From an uncultured PS1 clade bacterium (GTDB taxonomy: Bacteria > Pseudomonadota > Alphaproteobacteria > MED-G09), in contig CACLNZ010000002.1 of NCBI GenBank assembly GCA_902608415.1, positions 25,861 to 89,860 on the forward strand: a stretch of DNA of 64,000 bases, read 5' to 3'. The stretch's first letter is position 1. Each line of letters begins with the position of its first letter. Below the pieces are notes generated by a model. That model did no database searches. It had not been told where the DNA came from and was given only the letters and a program-made list of their open reading frames with translations. Both the position numbers and the translations under genes were made by a program. Shown piece by piece: positions 37,938 to 46,180 of the stretch.

Positions 37938-38723
37938 ATGAACTTTGAAACAATATTATATGAAAAGAAAAATAATTCAGCTTTAATTACATTAAATAGA
38001 CCTAAAAAATTGAACGCATGGACTCCTTTCATGGCTGAAGAACTTGCTTCAGCTATAAATGAAGCTAATAAAGATAATTCAGTTGGAGCAATAGTTATGA
38101 CAGGTGCAGGAAAAGGTTTCTGCGCAGGTGCAGATATTGAAGAAACTTTTCAAACAAGAATAGACGGAAAAGATCCAGGTAATGATACTCAATCAGGTAG
38201 TGGGGGTATGCCCAAGCATGTCAATTGGGTCAAATTAATTAGGGAGTCAAAGCCAATGATTGCTGCAGTGAATGGTGCAGCTGTTGGTATAGGAATTACA
38301 ATGGTTTTACCATTTGATATTATTATAGCGTCTGAAAAGGCAAAGTTTGGAATGTTCTTTATTCAAATGGGATTAGTGCCTGAATTGGCAAGTAGTCATT
38401 TTTTAGTACAAAGAATGGGTTTTGGGAAAGCAAGTGAAATGTGTTTATCCGGTAGATTGGTGAAAGCTGAGGAAGCTAAAGAATCTAATTTAGTTGATTT
38501 TATAACATCAGAAGATGAACTTTTATCTGAGGCAATAAGTAAGGCTGATGAAATAGGGGCTAATCCTAAACCGCAGCTAAAAATGGTAAAAGAACTTTTA
38601 AGCCTTAATGGAAGCGAGGTTGACTTAGAAAAAGCACAAGAACGTGAAAGTGCTTTATTAAGGGAATGTTGGAAAACTAAAGAACACAAAGAAGCGGTCA
38701 AAAAATTTTTAGAAAAGACCTAA
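37938..38723 (+). CDS. enoyl-CoA hydratase/isomerase family protein
   Basis: From ATG 37938. LNRPKKLNA, GAGKGFCAGADI and AAVNGAAVGIG crotonase motifs. Confidence 0.85.
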   Translation: MNFETILYEKKNNSALITLNRPKKLNAWTPFMAEELASAINEANKDNSVGAIVMTGAGKGFCAGADIEETFQTRIDGKDPGNDTQSGSGGMPKHVNWVKLIRESKPMIAAVNGAAVGIGITMVLPFDIIIASEKAKFGMFFIQMGLVPELASSHFLVQRMGFGKASEMCLSGRLVKAEEAKESNLVDFITSEDELLSEAISKADEIGANPKPQLKMVKELLSLNGSEVDLEKAQERESALLRECWKTKEHKEAVKKFLEKT

Positions 38724-38727
38724 TAAT

Positions 38728-39243
38728 ATGTTCAATTCAAACAAACCTATTATACAAATTGCTTATGGGGTGGAAGATATTGTCACAGAAGCAGAAAAAT
38801 GGTCAAAAAGATTTAATATTGGGCCTTTTTATTGCAATGAGCATATAGAAGTTTCCGAATCTCGAATTAATGGTATTGAAGAAAAATTTGATCATTCATC
38901 TGCATATGGGTGGAAAGAAAACTTTATGATCGAACTTATAAGTGATCACTCAAAGGTAAATTCATATAATAATGGAATTCATCATGTTGCTTGGATTGCT
39001 GAAGACTTTGCACAAGAAAGCGAAGAATTAAAAAATCAGGATTGTAAAGAAGTTCTTTTTGCTAGAGCTGGTGATAGGAATGGAATGAGATTTTCTTGGT
39101 TTGATCCAGGAAAAGAAATTGGCCATTTTTATGAAATTTATGACAATAATGATTCATTAAAGAATTTTTATTCATATATTTACAAAGCGTCCTTAGAATG
39201 GGATGGTACTAATCCTGTAAGGCATATTTCAGAAATTGGTTAG
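38728..39243 (+). CDS. VOC (glyoxalase/bleomycin-resistance/dioxygenase) family protein
   Basis: 171 aa. IHHVAW and FYEIY blocks in paired beta-alpha-beta-beta-beta modules; the assignment is tentative. Confidence 0.5.
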   Translation: MFNSNKPIIQIAYGVEDIVTEAEKWSKRFNIGPFYCNEHIEVSESRINGIEEKFDHSSAYGWKENFMIELISDHSKVNSYNNGIHHVAWIAEDFAQESEELKNQDCKEVLFARAGDRNGMRFSWFDPGKEIGHFYEIYDNNDSLKNFYSYIYKASLEWDGTNPVRHISEIG

Positions 39244-39252
39244 GAGGAAATT

Positions 39253-40206
39253 ATGACATTAGTTACTGTATTAAGCGCAAGTGGAAGACCTGGTCTAGCC
39301 CAGGTTCGACAACTTAAAAAAGCTGGATATGAAGTAAGAGGAACAACCAGAAATCCTGAAAGATTAAGTCAATTTGATGATATTGAAGTGGTTAGCGCTG
39401 ATTACAATGATCCGGACTCAGTTTATGAAGCATGTTTAGGAGCTGATTCAGTTTTCTATACTAGACCTTCATTTGAAGAATCACATAAAGCTCTTGATTT
39501 CGCAGCCACAGTAGGTTCTGCAGCAAAAAGGGCCAATGTAAGAAGACTTATTTATAATACTTGCTGTTGGGGTCCTCCAGAGGAATTGGGTGATGTAGGT
39601 CAAGCTGGCTATGATAGCGTTAAATTAATGATTAATACTTTAAAACAAGCTGGAGTCCAAACTACCACATTTCAACCAGTTCTATTTATGGATAATCTTT
39701 TAACTGATTGGGCCAGAGAAGATATAATGAATAACAACTTATATACATATCCTCACAACCCTAATCTTGAAGCAAGTTGGATATGTCTTGATGATGTAGC
39801 AAAATTTATGATTGCTGCCATTGATAGAGATGACCTAATTGGTAGGAATATAAATATTGGTGGACCAGAAGTATTTACTCCTCCAAGAGTTGCCGATCTT
39901 CTGTCAGGTTACTTTGGAAAACCAATCAAATATGAAGAGTTAAGTTTAGTTGATTTCTCTAATAGACTTTATGATATCTTTTTTGCTGAAATTGATGAAG
40001 ATATGAGAGGTGGCCGATCTGAAAATAGAGACGCCTTTATTGAAAGTATGTCAGATTTTTATAAATTTAATAATGTATCTGATCATAAGCCTTTCAAAGT
40101 TGATATGGCGCCTGTTTTAAAAGAAATACCAATTGAACTTACACCTTTTAGTGAATGGATTAGCCAACAAGATTGGAATGAAAAAGTTGATACGAAAGCA
40201 GGTTAA
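39253..40206 (+). CDS. NmrA-like NAD(P)-binding protein
   Basis: 317 aa. N-terminal VLSASGRPG Rossmann-like motif and NmrA/SDR-a5 layout. Confidence 0.65.
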   Translation: MTLVTVLSASGRPGLAQVRQLKKAGYEVRGTTRNPERLSQFDDIEVVSADYNDPDSVYEACLGADSVFYTRPSFEESHKALDFAATVGSAAKRANVRRLIYNTCCWGPPEELGDVGQAGYDSVKLMINTLKQAGVQTTTFQPVLFMDNLLTDWAREDIMNNNLYTYPHNPNLEASWICLDDVAKFMIAAIDRDDLIGRNINIGGPEVFTPPRVADLLSGYFGKPIKYEELSLVDFSNRLYDIFFAEIDEDMRGGRSENRDAFIESMSDFYKFNNVSDHKPFKVDMAPVLKEIPIELTPFSEWISQQDWNEKVDTKAG

Positions 40207-41258
40207 GAAAAGCTTTTATTAACTTGGCGAAGCTTTTTAAGGCCTGGAGAAAGATCCTTTTTCTTAAGTTGGTTCAAAGGTTTTTCAGTTGTAAGAAGTG
40301 TATCGTGAAGATCTTCTTCGTTTTGATCTAAATATATTAAACCGGTAATAATTTCTCCTTTGTCACGTGAGTCATTAATTTTACCAATTGCTTTTCTTCT
40401 ACTACCTGGATCATAACTTTTATTCAATTTATGAAGCACCATCTTTGAACCATCATGAACATTAACTTCAATTGATTTCCCTTCTCCATAGTTAACAGAA
40501 ATTTCTTCATTTTCTGGAATTACATCAAGGAATCCAACAGCTTCATTATGCTCTCTAAAATATTCATAGCTCTTAGTTGACTGAGCGTGATTATTAAAGG
40601 TAACGCAAGGTGAAATTACATCTATAAATGCAAAACCTTTATAACTAAGCGCTGCTCTAATTAAAGGTATCAATTGATCTTTATCTCCAGAAAAACTACG
40701 TGCAACAAATCCTGCTCCTAATTGAATAGCAAGAGCAGCTAGATCAATTGACTCAAACATGTTATCTACGCCTTTTCTACTCTTTGATTCTTTGTCATTA
40801 GTGGCTGAAAATTGACCTTTAGTTAAACCATATGTTCCATTATTTTCGCATATATAAACCATATTTAATCGTCTACGCATAATATGGCAAAATTGACCTA
40901 ATCCAATTGATGCCGTATCACCATCGCCAGATACACCTAGATAGTATAAATCTCTATTAGCTAAATTAGCTCCAGTAGCAACTGATGGCATTCTTCCATG
41001 CACGGAGTTAAAACCATGAGATTTATTTAAGAAATATGTAGGTGTTTTCGAAGAACATCCAATGCCAGAGAGTTTTGCTAACCTGTGAGCAGGTATAGAT
41101 AATTGAAAACATGCTTCAATAATAGCAGATGATACCGAGTCATGACCGCATCCTGCACATAAAGTAGATAAAGCCCCCTCATAATCTCTTCTTGTTAAAC
41201 CAAGTTTATTTTTTGGTAAATTAGGGTGTCTAGCTATTGGTTTTTTTATAAAACTCAT
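40203..41258 (-). CDS. korB: 2-oxoacid:ferredoxin oxidoreductase, beta (TPP-binding) subunit
   Basis: 351 aa. CAGCGHDS, GIGCSS and GDGD...NNGTYGLTKGQ TPP-binding blocks. Confidence 0.85.
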   Translation of the reverse strand: MSFIKKPIARHPNLPKNKLGLTRRDYEGALSTLCAGCGHDSVSSAIIEACFQLSIPAHRLAKLSGIGCSSKTPTYFLNKSHGFNSVHGRMPSVATGANLANRDLYYLGVSGDGDTASIGLGQFCHIMRRRLNMVYICENNGTYGLTKGQFSATNDKESKSRKGVDNMFESIDLAALAIQLGAGFVARSFSGDKDQLIPLIRAALSYKGFAFIDVISPCVTFNNHAQSTKSYEYFREHNEAVGFLDVIPENEEISVNYGEGKSIEVNVHDGSKMVLHKLNKSYDPGSRRKAIGKINDSRDKGEIITGLIYLDQNEEDLHDTLLTTEKPLNQLKKKDLSPGLKKLRQVNKSFS

Positions 41259-41261
41259 TTT

Positions 41262-43103
41262 TTACGCCGCTGTTCTTGATCTCTTAACTTTTGCTACAAT
41301 TTTCTTATTGTTCTTAACTTTTGATTTAAATTCATCAACAATAAACTTTGCAGTCAATGGACTTCCATCAAAATTTAAAATGGAAACAAATTGATTTATA
41401 TCTATTTCTAGCTCATTTGAAATTAAAAATTTCATTTGTGCATCTCTATTTTGTTCAAGAATAAATAAGTGATTATTCTCGCTAATAAACTTTTCAAGCA
41501 CCCTATCAAATGGAAAGGAGCGAATACGAATCTTATTTATGTTGTAACCCTCCTCACTTAAATAATCTATTGCTTCGTCTACTGCAGGGGCCGTAGAACC
41601 AAAATAAATTAACCCTACATCAGTTTTATTTTTTGCATTTCTTCTAATTGATTTAGGTAAATATTTTGTGGATTTATTGAATTTTTTAGTAATTCGTAAA
41701 AGATTTTCAGCATTAATTCTTCCATCTTCAGTATATCCAGCAAAAGCGTCATGCGAAGTTCCTCTTGTAAAAAAAGATCCTTTACTTGGATGTGTCCCCG
41801 GAATAGTTCTATATGGAATTCCATCACCATCAATATCTAAATATCTTCCCCACATTTCAATTGAATCAAGGTCTTTAGCTGATAAAACCTTACCTCTATC
41901 AAAATTATGTTTATCATTATAACTCAATTCATCAACCACCCAGTCATTCATGCCAATATCCAAATCACTCATAAAAATTACAGGAGTTTGAAGTCTTTCC
42001 GCTATATCAAAGGCATCGACAGACATTTCAAAACATTCCCTAGGGTCAGAAGGAAAAAGGAGTATTTGTTTAGTATCACCATGAGAAGCATATGCTGAAG
42101 ATAAAATATCTGACTGTTGTGTTCTAGTTGGCATACCAGTAGATGGACCTCCTCTTTGAATATTAAAAAGAACCAGAGGTATTTCAGCAAAATATGCTAG
42201 ACCAAGAAATTCAGACATAAGAGATACACCTGGTCCTGAAGTAGCGGTAAAAGCTCTTGCGCCATTCCAATTAGCCCCTATAGCCATACCTATTGCCGAT
42301 AGCTCATCTTCAGCCTGAATAACAGCACCTTTAATATTACCCTTTAAATCAGATCTAAACATATGAAGATATTTTTCAAAGGCTTCAGCTAGTGATGTAG
42401 ACGGGGTAATAGGGTACCAAGAAGCAACAGTAGCACCTGCAAATATGCAGCCTAGACCAGAAGCTTCATTACCCTGTATCATAATCTTCTTACTTTTTTG
42501 GCGCATCAATTTTAATTGCAAATCAAAATCAGAAGATAAATTTTCTTGAGCATATTTTCGGCCTAAACCAAGTGCATGTAGATTTGGTTCAATTAATTTA
42601 GGCTTTTTTTGAAACTCTTCTTTTATCAAGCCCTTTAAAACAGAAATATCTATTTTAAAAAGAACAGATAAAGCGCCTAAGCAAATAATATTTTTGAATA
42701 ATTGTCTTTGTCTTGGGTCATCGTAATGCTCAGCACAAATACTGGCCATTGGTATCCCGATAACATTAATATCTTTTCTAGGAAACCTCCTCTCCATAGT
42801 GCTATCATAAATAAGGTAGCCACCTTTAACTAATTCCTTAAGATCAGATTGATATGTTTGCGGGTTTAAAGCTATTAGGCAATCTACACCGTCTCTTCTT
42901 GCCGTATAACCATCTTTATTCACTCGAATTTCATACCATGTTGGAAGTCCTTGAATATTTGATGGGAAGATATTTTTTGGGCTGACAGGGATGCCCATTC
43001 TAAAAATAGTTTTAGCAAACATTAGGTTTGCACTTGCAGACCCTGAACCATTAACATTAGCAAACTTAATTACAAAATCGTTTACTTTTGTCATTTCTTG
43101 CAT
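41262..43103 (-). CDS. korA: 2-oxoacid:ferredoxin oxidoreductase, alpha (fused gamma-alpha) subunit
   Basis: 613 aa. N-terminal VIKFANVNGSGSASAN followed by the pyrimidine-binding domain GNEASGLG...YPITPST. The start is either 43103 or the ATG at 43094, which forms an ATGA overlap with the upstream stop. Confidence 0.85.
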   Translation of the reverse strand: MQEMTKVNDFVIKFANVNGSGSASANLMFAKTIFRMGIPVSPKNIFPSNIQGLPTWYEIRVNKDGYTARRDGVDCLIALNPQTYQSDLKELVKGGYLIYDSTMERRFPRKDINVIGIPMASICAEHYDDPRQRQLFKNIICLGALSVLFKIDISVLKGLIKEEFQKKPKLIEPNLHALGLGRKYAQENLSSDFDLQLKLMRQKSKKIMIQGNEASGLGCIFAGATVASWYPITPSTSLAEAFEKYLHMFRSDLKGNIKGAVIQAEDELSAIGMAIGANWNGARAFTATSGPGVSLMSEFLGLAYFAEIPLVLFNIQRGGPSTGMPTRTQQSDILSSAYASHGDTKQILLFPSDPRECFEMSVDAFDIAERLQTPVIFMSDLDIGMNDWVVDELSYNDKHNFDRGKVLSAKDLDSIEMWGRYLDIDGDGIPYRTIPGTHPSKGSFFTRGTSHDAFAGYTEDGRINAENLLRITKKFNKSTKYLPKSIRRNAKNKTDVGLIYFGSTAPAVDEAIDYLSEEGYNINKIRIRSFPFDRVLEKFISENNHLFILEQNRDAQMKFLISNELEIDINQFVSILNFDGSPLTAKFIVDEFKSKVKNNKKIVAKVKRSRTAA

Positions 43104-44872
43104 CCATCATGGGACTGGGCCCCAAAATAAAAGAATTTTTGCATATCCCATGCACCAGTTGGACATCTCTCAGCACATAAGCCACAGTGCAAGCAAAGGT
43201 CTTCATCTTTGACCATAACTCTCTTCGTAGGTAATTTTCTAGAAACATATAAATCTTGCGCAAGATTAAGAGCTGGTACCCTAATATCTTCTCTTAACTC
43301 TTGTTCATCAGCATTTTGAATAAAATTGATACAATCTTCTGGGCATATATCGACACATGCATCACATTCAATACATCTTTTTTCTTCAAATACTGTTTGA
43401 ACATCACAATTTAGACATCTAGCAGCCTCTTCAAATGCCATTCTATCATCATAACCCAATTCAACTTCGACTTTTCTATCAGCTAAGGTAACTTTTGGGT
43501 CAGCATGAGGAACTGCTAATCTATCTACTTCCGCATAACCATTATCGTAAGACCATTCATGTAAGCCCATTTTTGTTGATTCAAGAAAAACATGAGGCTG
43601 AGGTCTTTTTTTAAGACTCTTATTATTACAAAATAAATCAATTGAAATTGCAGCTTGATGAGCATGTGCAACAGCCGTTATTATATTCTCTGGCCCCCAA
43701 GCAGAATCCCCACCAAAAAAAACTTTAGGTAAAGTTGATTGCATCGTTGTTCGATCAACAATTGGCATGTCCCATTCACCAAATTCAATACCAATATCTT
43801 TTTCAATCCACTCAAAAGCATTATCCTGACCAATAGCCATCAGGACATCATCACACTCAACAATTTCAATAGGCTCTCCTGTTGGTATGAGTTTTCTTCT
43901 TCCATCTTTATATTCGGCTTTTACTTTTTCAAACGCAACAGCTTTAAGCTTGCCATTTTCATGAATAAATTCTTTTGGAACATGGTTTTCGTAAATCGGA
44001 ATATTCTCCATTTCAGCTTCTTCAATTTCCCAATCTGAAGCTTTCATATCTACTTTTGGAGATCTGACATAAACTCTAACATCCTTACCACCAAGTCTTA
44101 TAGCAGTTCTACAACAATCCATTGCAGTATTTCCACCTCCAAGAACAATGACTTTCTTACCAATTTTTTTTACATGTTCAAATGCAACAGATGCTAGAAA
44201 GTCAATGCCAATATGGATGTTCTTATCACATTCTTCTCGACCAGGTATATTTAGATCTTTTCCTTTTGGTGCTCCTGTTCCAACAAAAACTGCATCAAAG
44301 TCTTCCTTTAAGAACTCTTTAAAACTTTTAATTTCTTTATTATATTGGACCTCAACTCCCATATTAATAATACGATCACACTCCTCATTTAGAACCTCTT
44401 CAGGAAGCCTAAATGATGGAATATTTGTTCGCATTAATCCGCCTGGAACAGGGTCTCTTTCAAATATTTTACATTCATAACCTAATGGCATTAAGTCTCG
44501 CGCAACTGCAAGAGAAACTGGTCCAGCTCCTAACAAGGCTATTTTTTTTCCGTTTTTCTGCTCGGGTGCCTTAGGTATTAAATGATCTATTTCGCCTTTA
44601 TAATCAGCAGCTACTCTTTTTAGTCGACATATAGCAACTGGCTCATCCTCCACACGAACCCTTCTGCAGGCGGGTTCACAAGGTCGATCGCAAGTCCTTC
44701 CAAGAATTCCCGGAAATACATTTGACTCCCAATTAATCATATATGCATCTGTATATCTTCCAGCCGCGATTAACCGAATATATTCTGGAACGGGTGTGTG
44801 GGCAGGACAAGCCCATTGACAATCAACTACTTTGTGAAAGTATTCTGGATTCGATATTTTAGTCGGCTTCAT
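43091..44872 (-). CDS. GltD/NfnB-like NAD(P)H:FAD oxidoreductase fused to a C-terminal 2x[4Fe-4S] ferredoxin domain
   Basis: 593 aa. It has an N-terminal Cys cluster (CDRPCEPAC), two dinucleotide folds (LLGAGPVSLAVA, VLGGGNTAMDC) and C-terminal CIECDACVDICP and CLHCGLCAERCP. Confidence 0.8.
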   Translation of the reverse strand: MKPTKISNPEYFHKVVDCQWACPAHTPVPEYIRLIAAGRYTDAYMINWESNVFPGILGRTCDRPCEPACRRVRVEDEPVAICRLKRVAADYKGEIDHLIPKAPEQKNGKKIALLGAGPVSLAVARDLMPLGYECKIFERDPVPGGLMRTNIPSFRLPEEVLNEECDRIINMGVEVQYNKEIKSFKEFLKEDFDAVFVGTGAPKGKDLNIPGREECDKNIHIGIDFLASVAFEHVKKIGKKVIVLGGGNTAMDCCRTAIRLGGKDVRVYVRSPKVDMKASDWEIEEAEMENIPIYENHVPKEFIHENGKLKAVAFEKVKAEYKDGRRKLIPTGEPIEIVECDDVLMAIGQDNAFEWIEKDIGIEFGEWDMPIVDRTTMQSTLPKVFFGGDSAWGPENIITAVAHAHQAAISIDLFCNNKSLKKRPQPHVFLESTKMGLHEWSYDNGYAEVDRLAVPHADPKVTLADRKVEVELGYDDRMAFEEAARCLNCDVQTVFEEKRCIECDACVDICPEDCINFIQNADEQELREDIRVPALNLAQDLYVSRKLPTKRVMVKDEDLCLHCGLCAERCPTGAWDMQKFFYFGAQSHDGCKK

Positions 44873-44904
44873 TCAATAATCCCCCCTGACAATTGAGTAA
44901 ACCG

Positions 44905-44925
44905 AATCAATTTTAAAAATTGATT
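44905..44925. other. 10-bp inverted repeat AATCAATTTT-A-AAAATTGATT upstream of the korAB operon
   Basis: Read directly. It lies between the sucB stop and the GltD-like start. Confidence 0.25.
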
Positions 44926-44939
44926 TTCTAACTAATAAA

Positions 44940-44967
44940 ATTGACTTTATCTCTAGTCAATCAAAAT
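44940..44967 (-). terminator. weak AT-rich hairpin, possible sucAB terminator
   Basis: The minus strand reads ATTGACT-AGAGATAA-AGTCAAT followed by TTTATT. The 7-bp stem is AT-rich, so the prediction is weak. Confidence 0.3.
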
Positions 44968-45025
44968 ACGATTTAAAAGAAGTTAAATTACAAATGATAT
45001 GATCTATAAAATATTTTTTATTTGA

Positions 45026-46177
45026 TTAATCTTTATAGAGTTGATCTGGATTTTCTATTTTATTTTTTATATGAACAAGAAATGAAACAGCTTCTTTTCC
45101 ATCAATTATTCTGTGATCATAACTTAAGGCAAGATACATCATAGGTCTTATTTCAATTTTACCATCGATAGCTATAGGTCTATCTTGAATCTTATGCATT
45201 CCAAGAATAGCAGTTTGGGGTGCATTTAATATTGGTGTCGATAAAAGTGATCCAAAAACTCCTCCATTGGAAATAGTGAATGTACCACCCTGCATTTCCT
45301 CAATAGTAAGCTTACCTTCCCGAGCTTTTTCAGAGTATTTTAGTGTTAATTTTTCTATATCGCTAATATTCAATAAATCTGCATCTTTAATAATTGGAAC
45401 AGTTAATCCTCTATCAGTAGAAACAGCTACTCCAATATCTTTAAAGCCATGGAAAACAATGTCTTCACCATCAATACTTGCATTAACTTGAGGGTATTCA
45501 TTTAAAGCGCTAACCGCAGCAGATACAAAAAATCCCATATATCCTAATTTTATTTGATTTTTTTTAAAGAAATCTTCGCCTTTCTGTTCTCTTATTTTCA
45601 TTATTTCAGTCATATCAACTTCATTAAAAGTTGTGAGCATCGCAGTTTCCCTTTGAACATTCACTAAACGTTCAGCAACCGTTTTTCTTAATCTGCTCAT
45701 GGGTATCCTTTTGGTCTCTCTCACTGCTTCTTCTTTTGTTATTCCTTCTTTATTAGAAATATAATTCAATAAATCTTGTTTGATAATCCGGCCTGATTTA
45801 CCAGTGCCCTTTATAAGACTTAAATCTATCTCATTCTCTTGAGCAAATTTATTTACTGAATTACTAATTAACGCTTCTTTATTTTCTATTTTAGGTTTTT
45901 GCTCTTTTTTGGATTTTTTTTCTTTAATTAATTCACTTTCACCAACTTCATATTCACCAATAACTTCTCCACTGTTCACTACCTCGCCCTCAGCTTTGAA
46001 AATTTTAGTCATAATGCCATCATTAGCCGCTACCACCTCAATAACAACTTTATCAGTTTCAATTTCTGCTAAAACTTCATCTTGAATAATAATTTCACCT
46101 TCTAATTTTTTCCAATTAGCTATTACGCCTTCTTCAACTGATTCAGGGTATGTTGGCGATAAAATATTTTCCTTCAT
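45026..46177 (-). CDS. sucB: dihydrolipoamide succinyltransferase (E2 of 2-oxoglutarate dehydrogenase)
   Basis: 383 aa. Lipoyl domain [12 protein letters not shown]3-binding domain and catalytic [10 protein letters not shown]. Confidence 0.9.
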   Translation of the reverse strand: MKENILSPTYPESVEEGVIANWKKLEGEIIIQDEVLAEIETDKVVIEVVAANDGIMTKIFKAEGEVVNSGEVIGEYEVGESELIKEKKSKKEQKPKIENKEALISNSVNKFAQENEIDLSLIKGTGKSGRIIKQDLLNYISNKEGITKEEAVRETKRIPMSRLRKTVAERLVNVQRETAMLTTFNEVDMTEIMKIREQKGEDFFKKNQIKLGYMGFFVSAAVSALNEYPQVNASIDGEDIVFHGFKDIGVAVSTDRGLTVPIIKDADLLNISDIEKLTLKYSEKAREGKLTIEEMQGGTFTISNGGVFGSLLSTPILNAPQTAILGMHKIQDRPIAIDGKIEIRPMMYLALSYDHRIIDGKEAVSFLVHIKNKIENPDQLYKD

Positions 46178-46180
46178 TTT

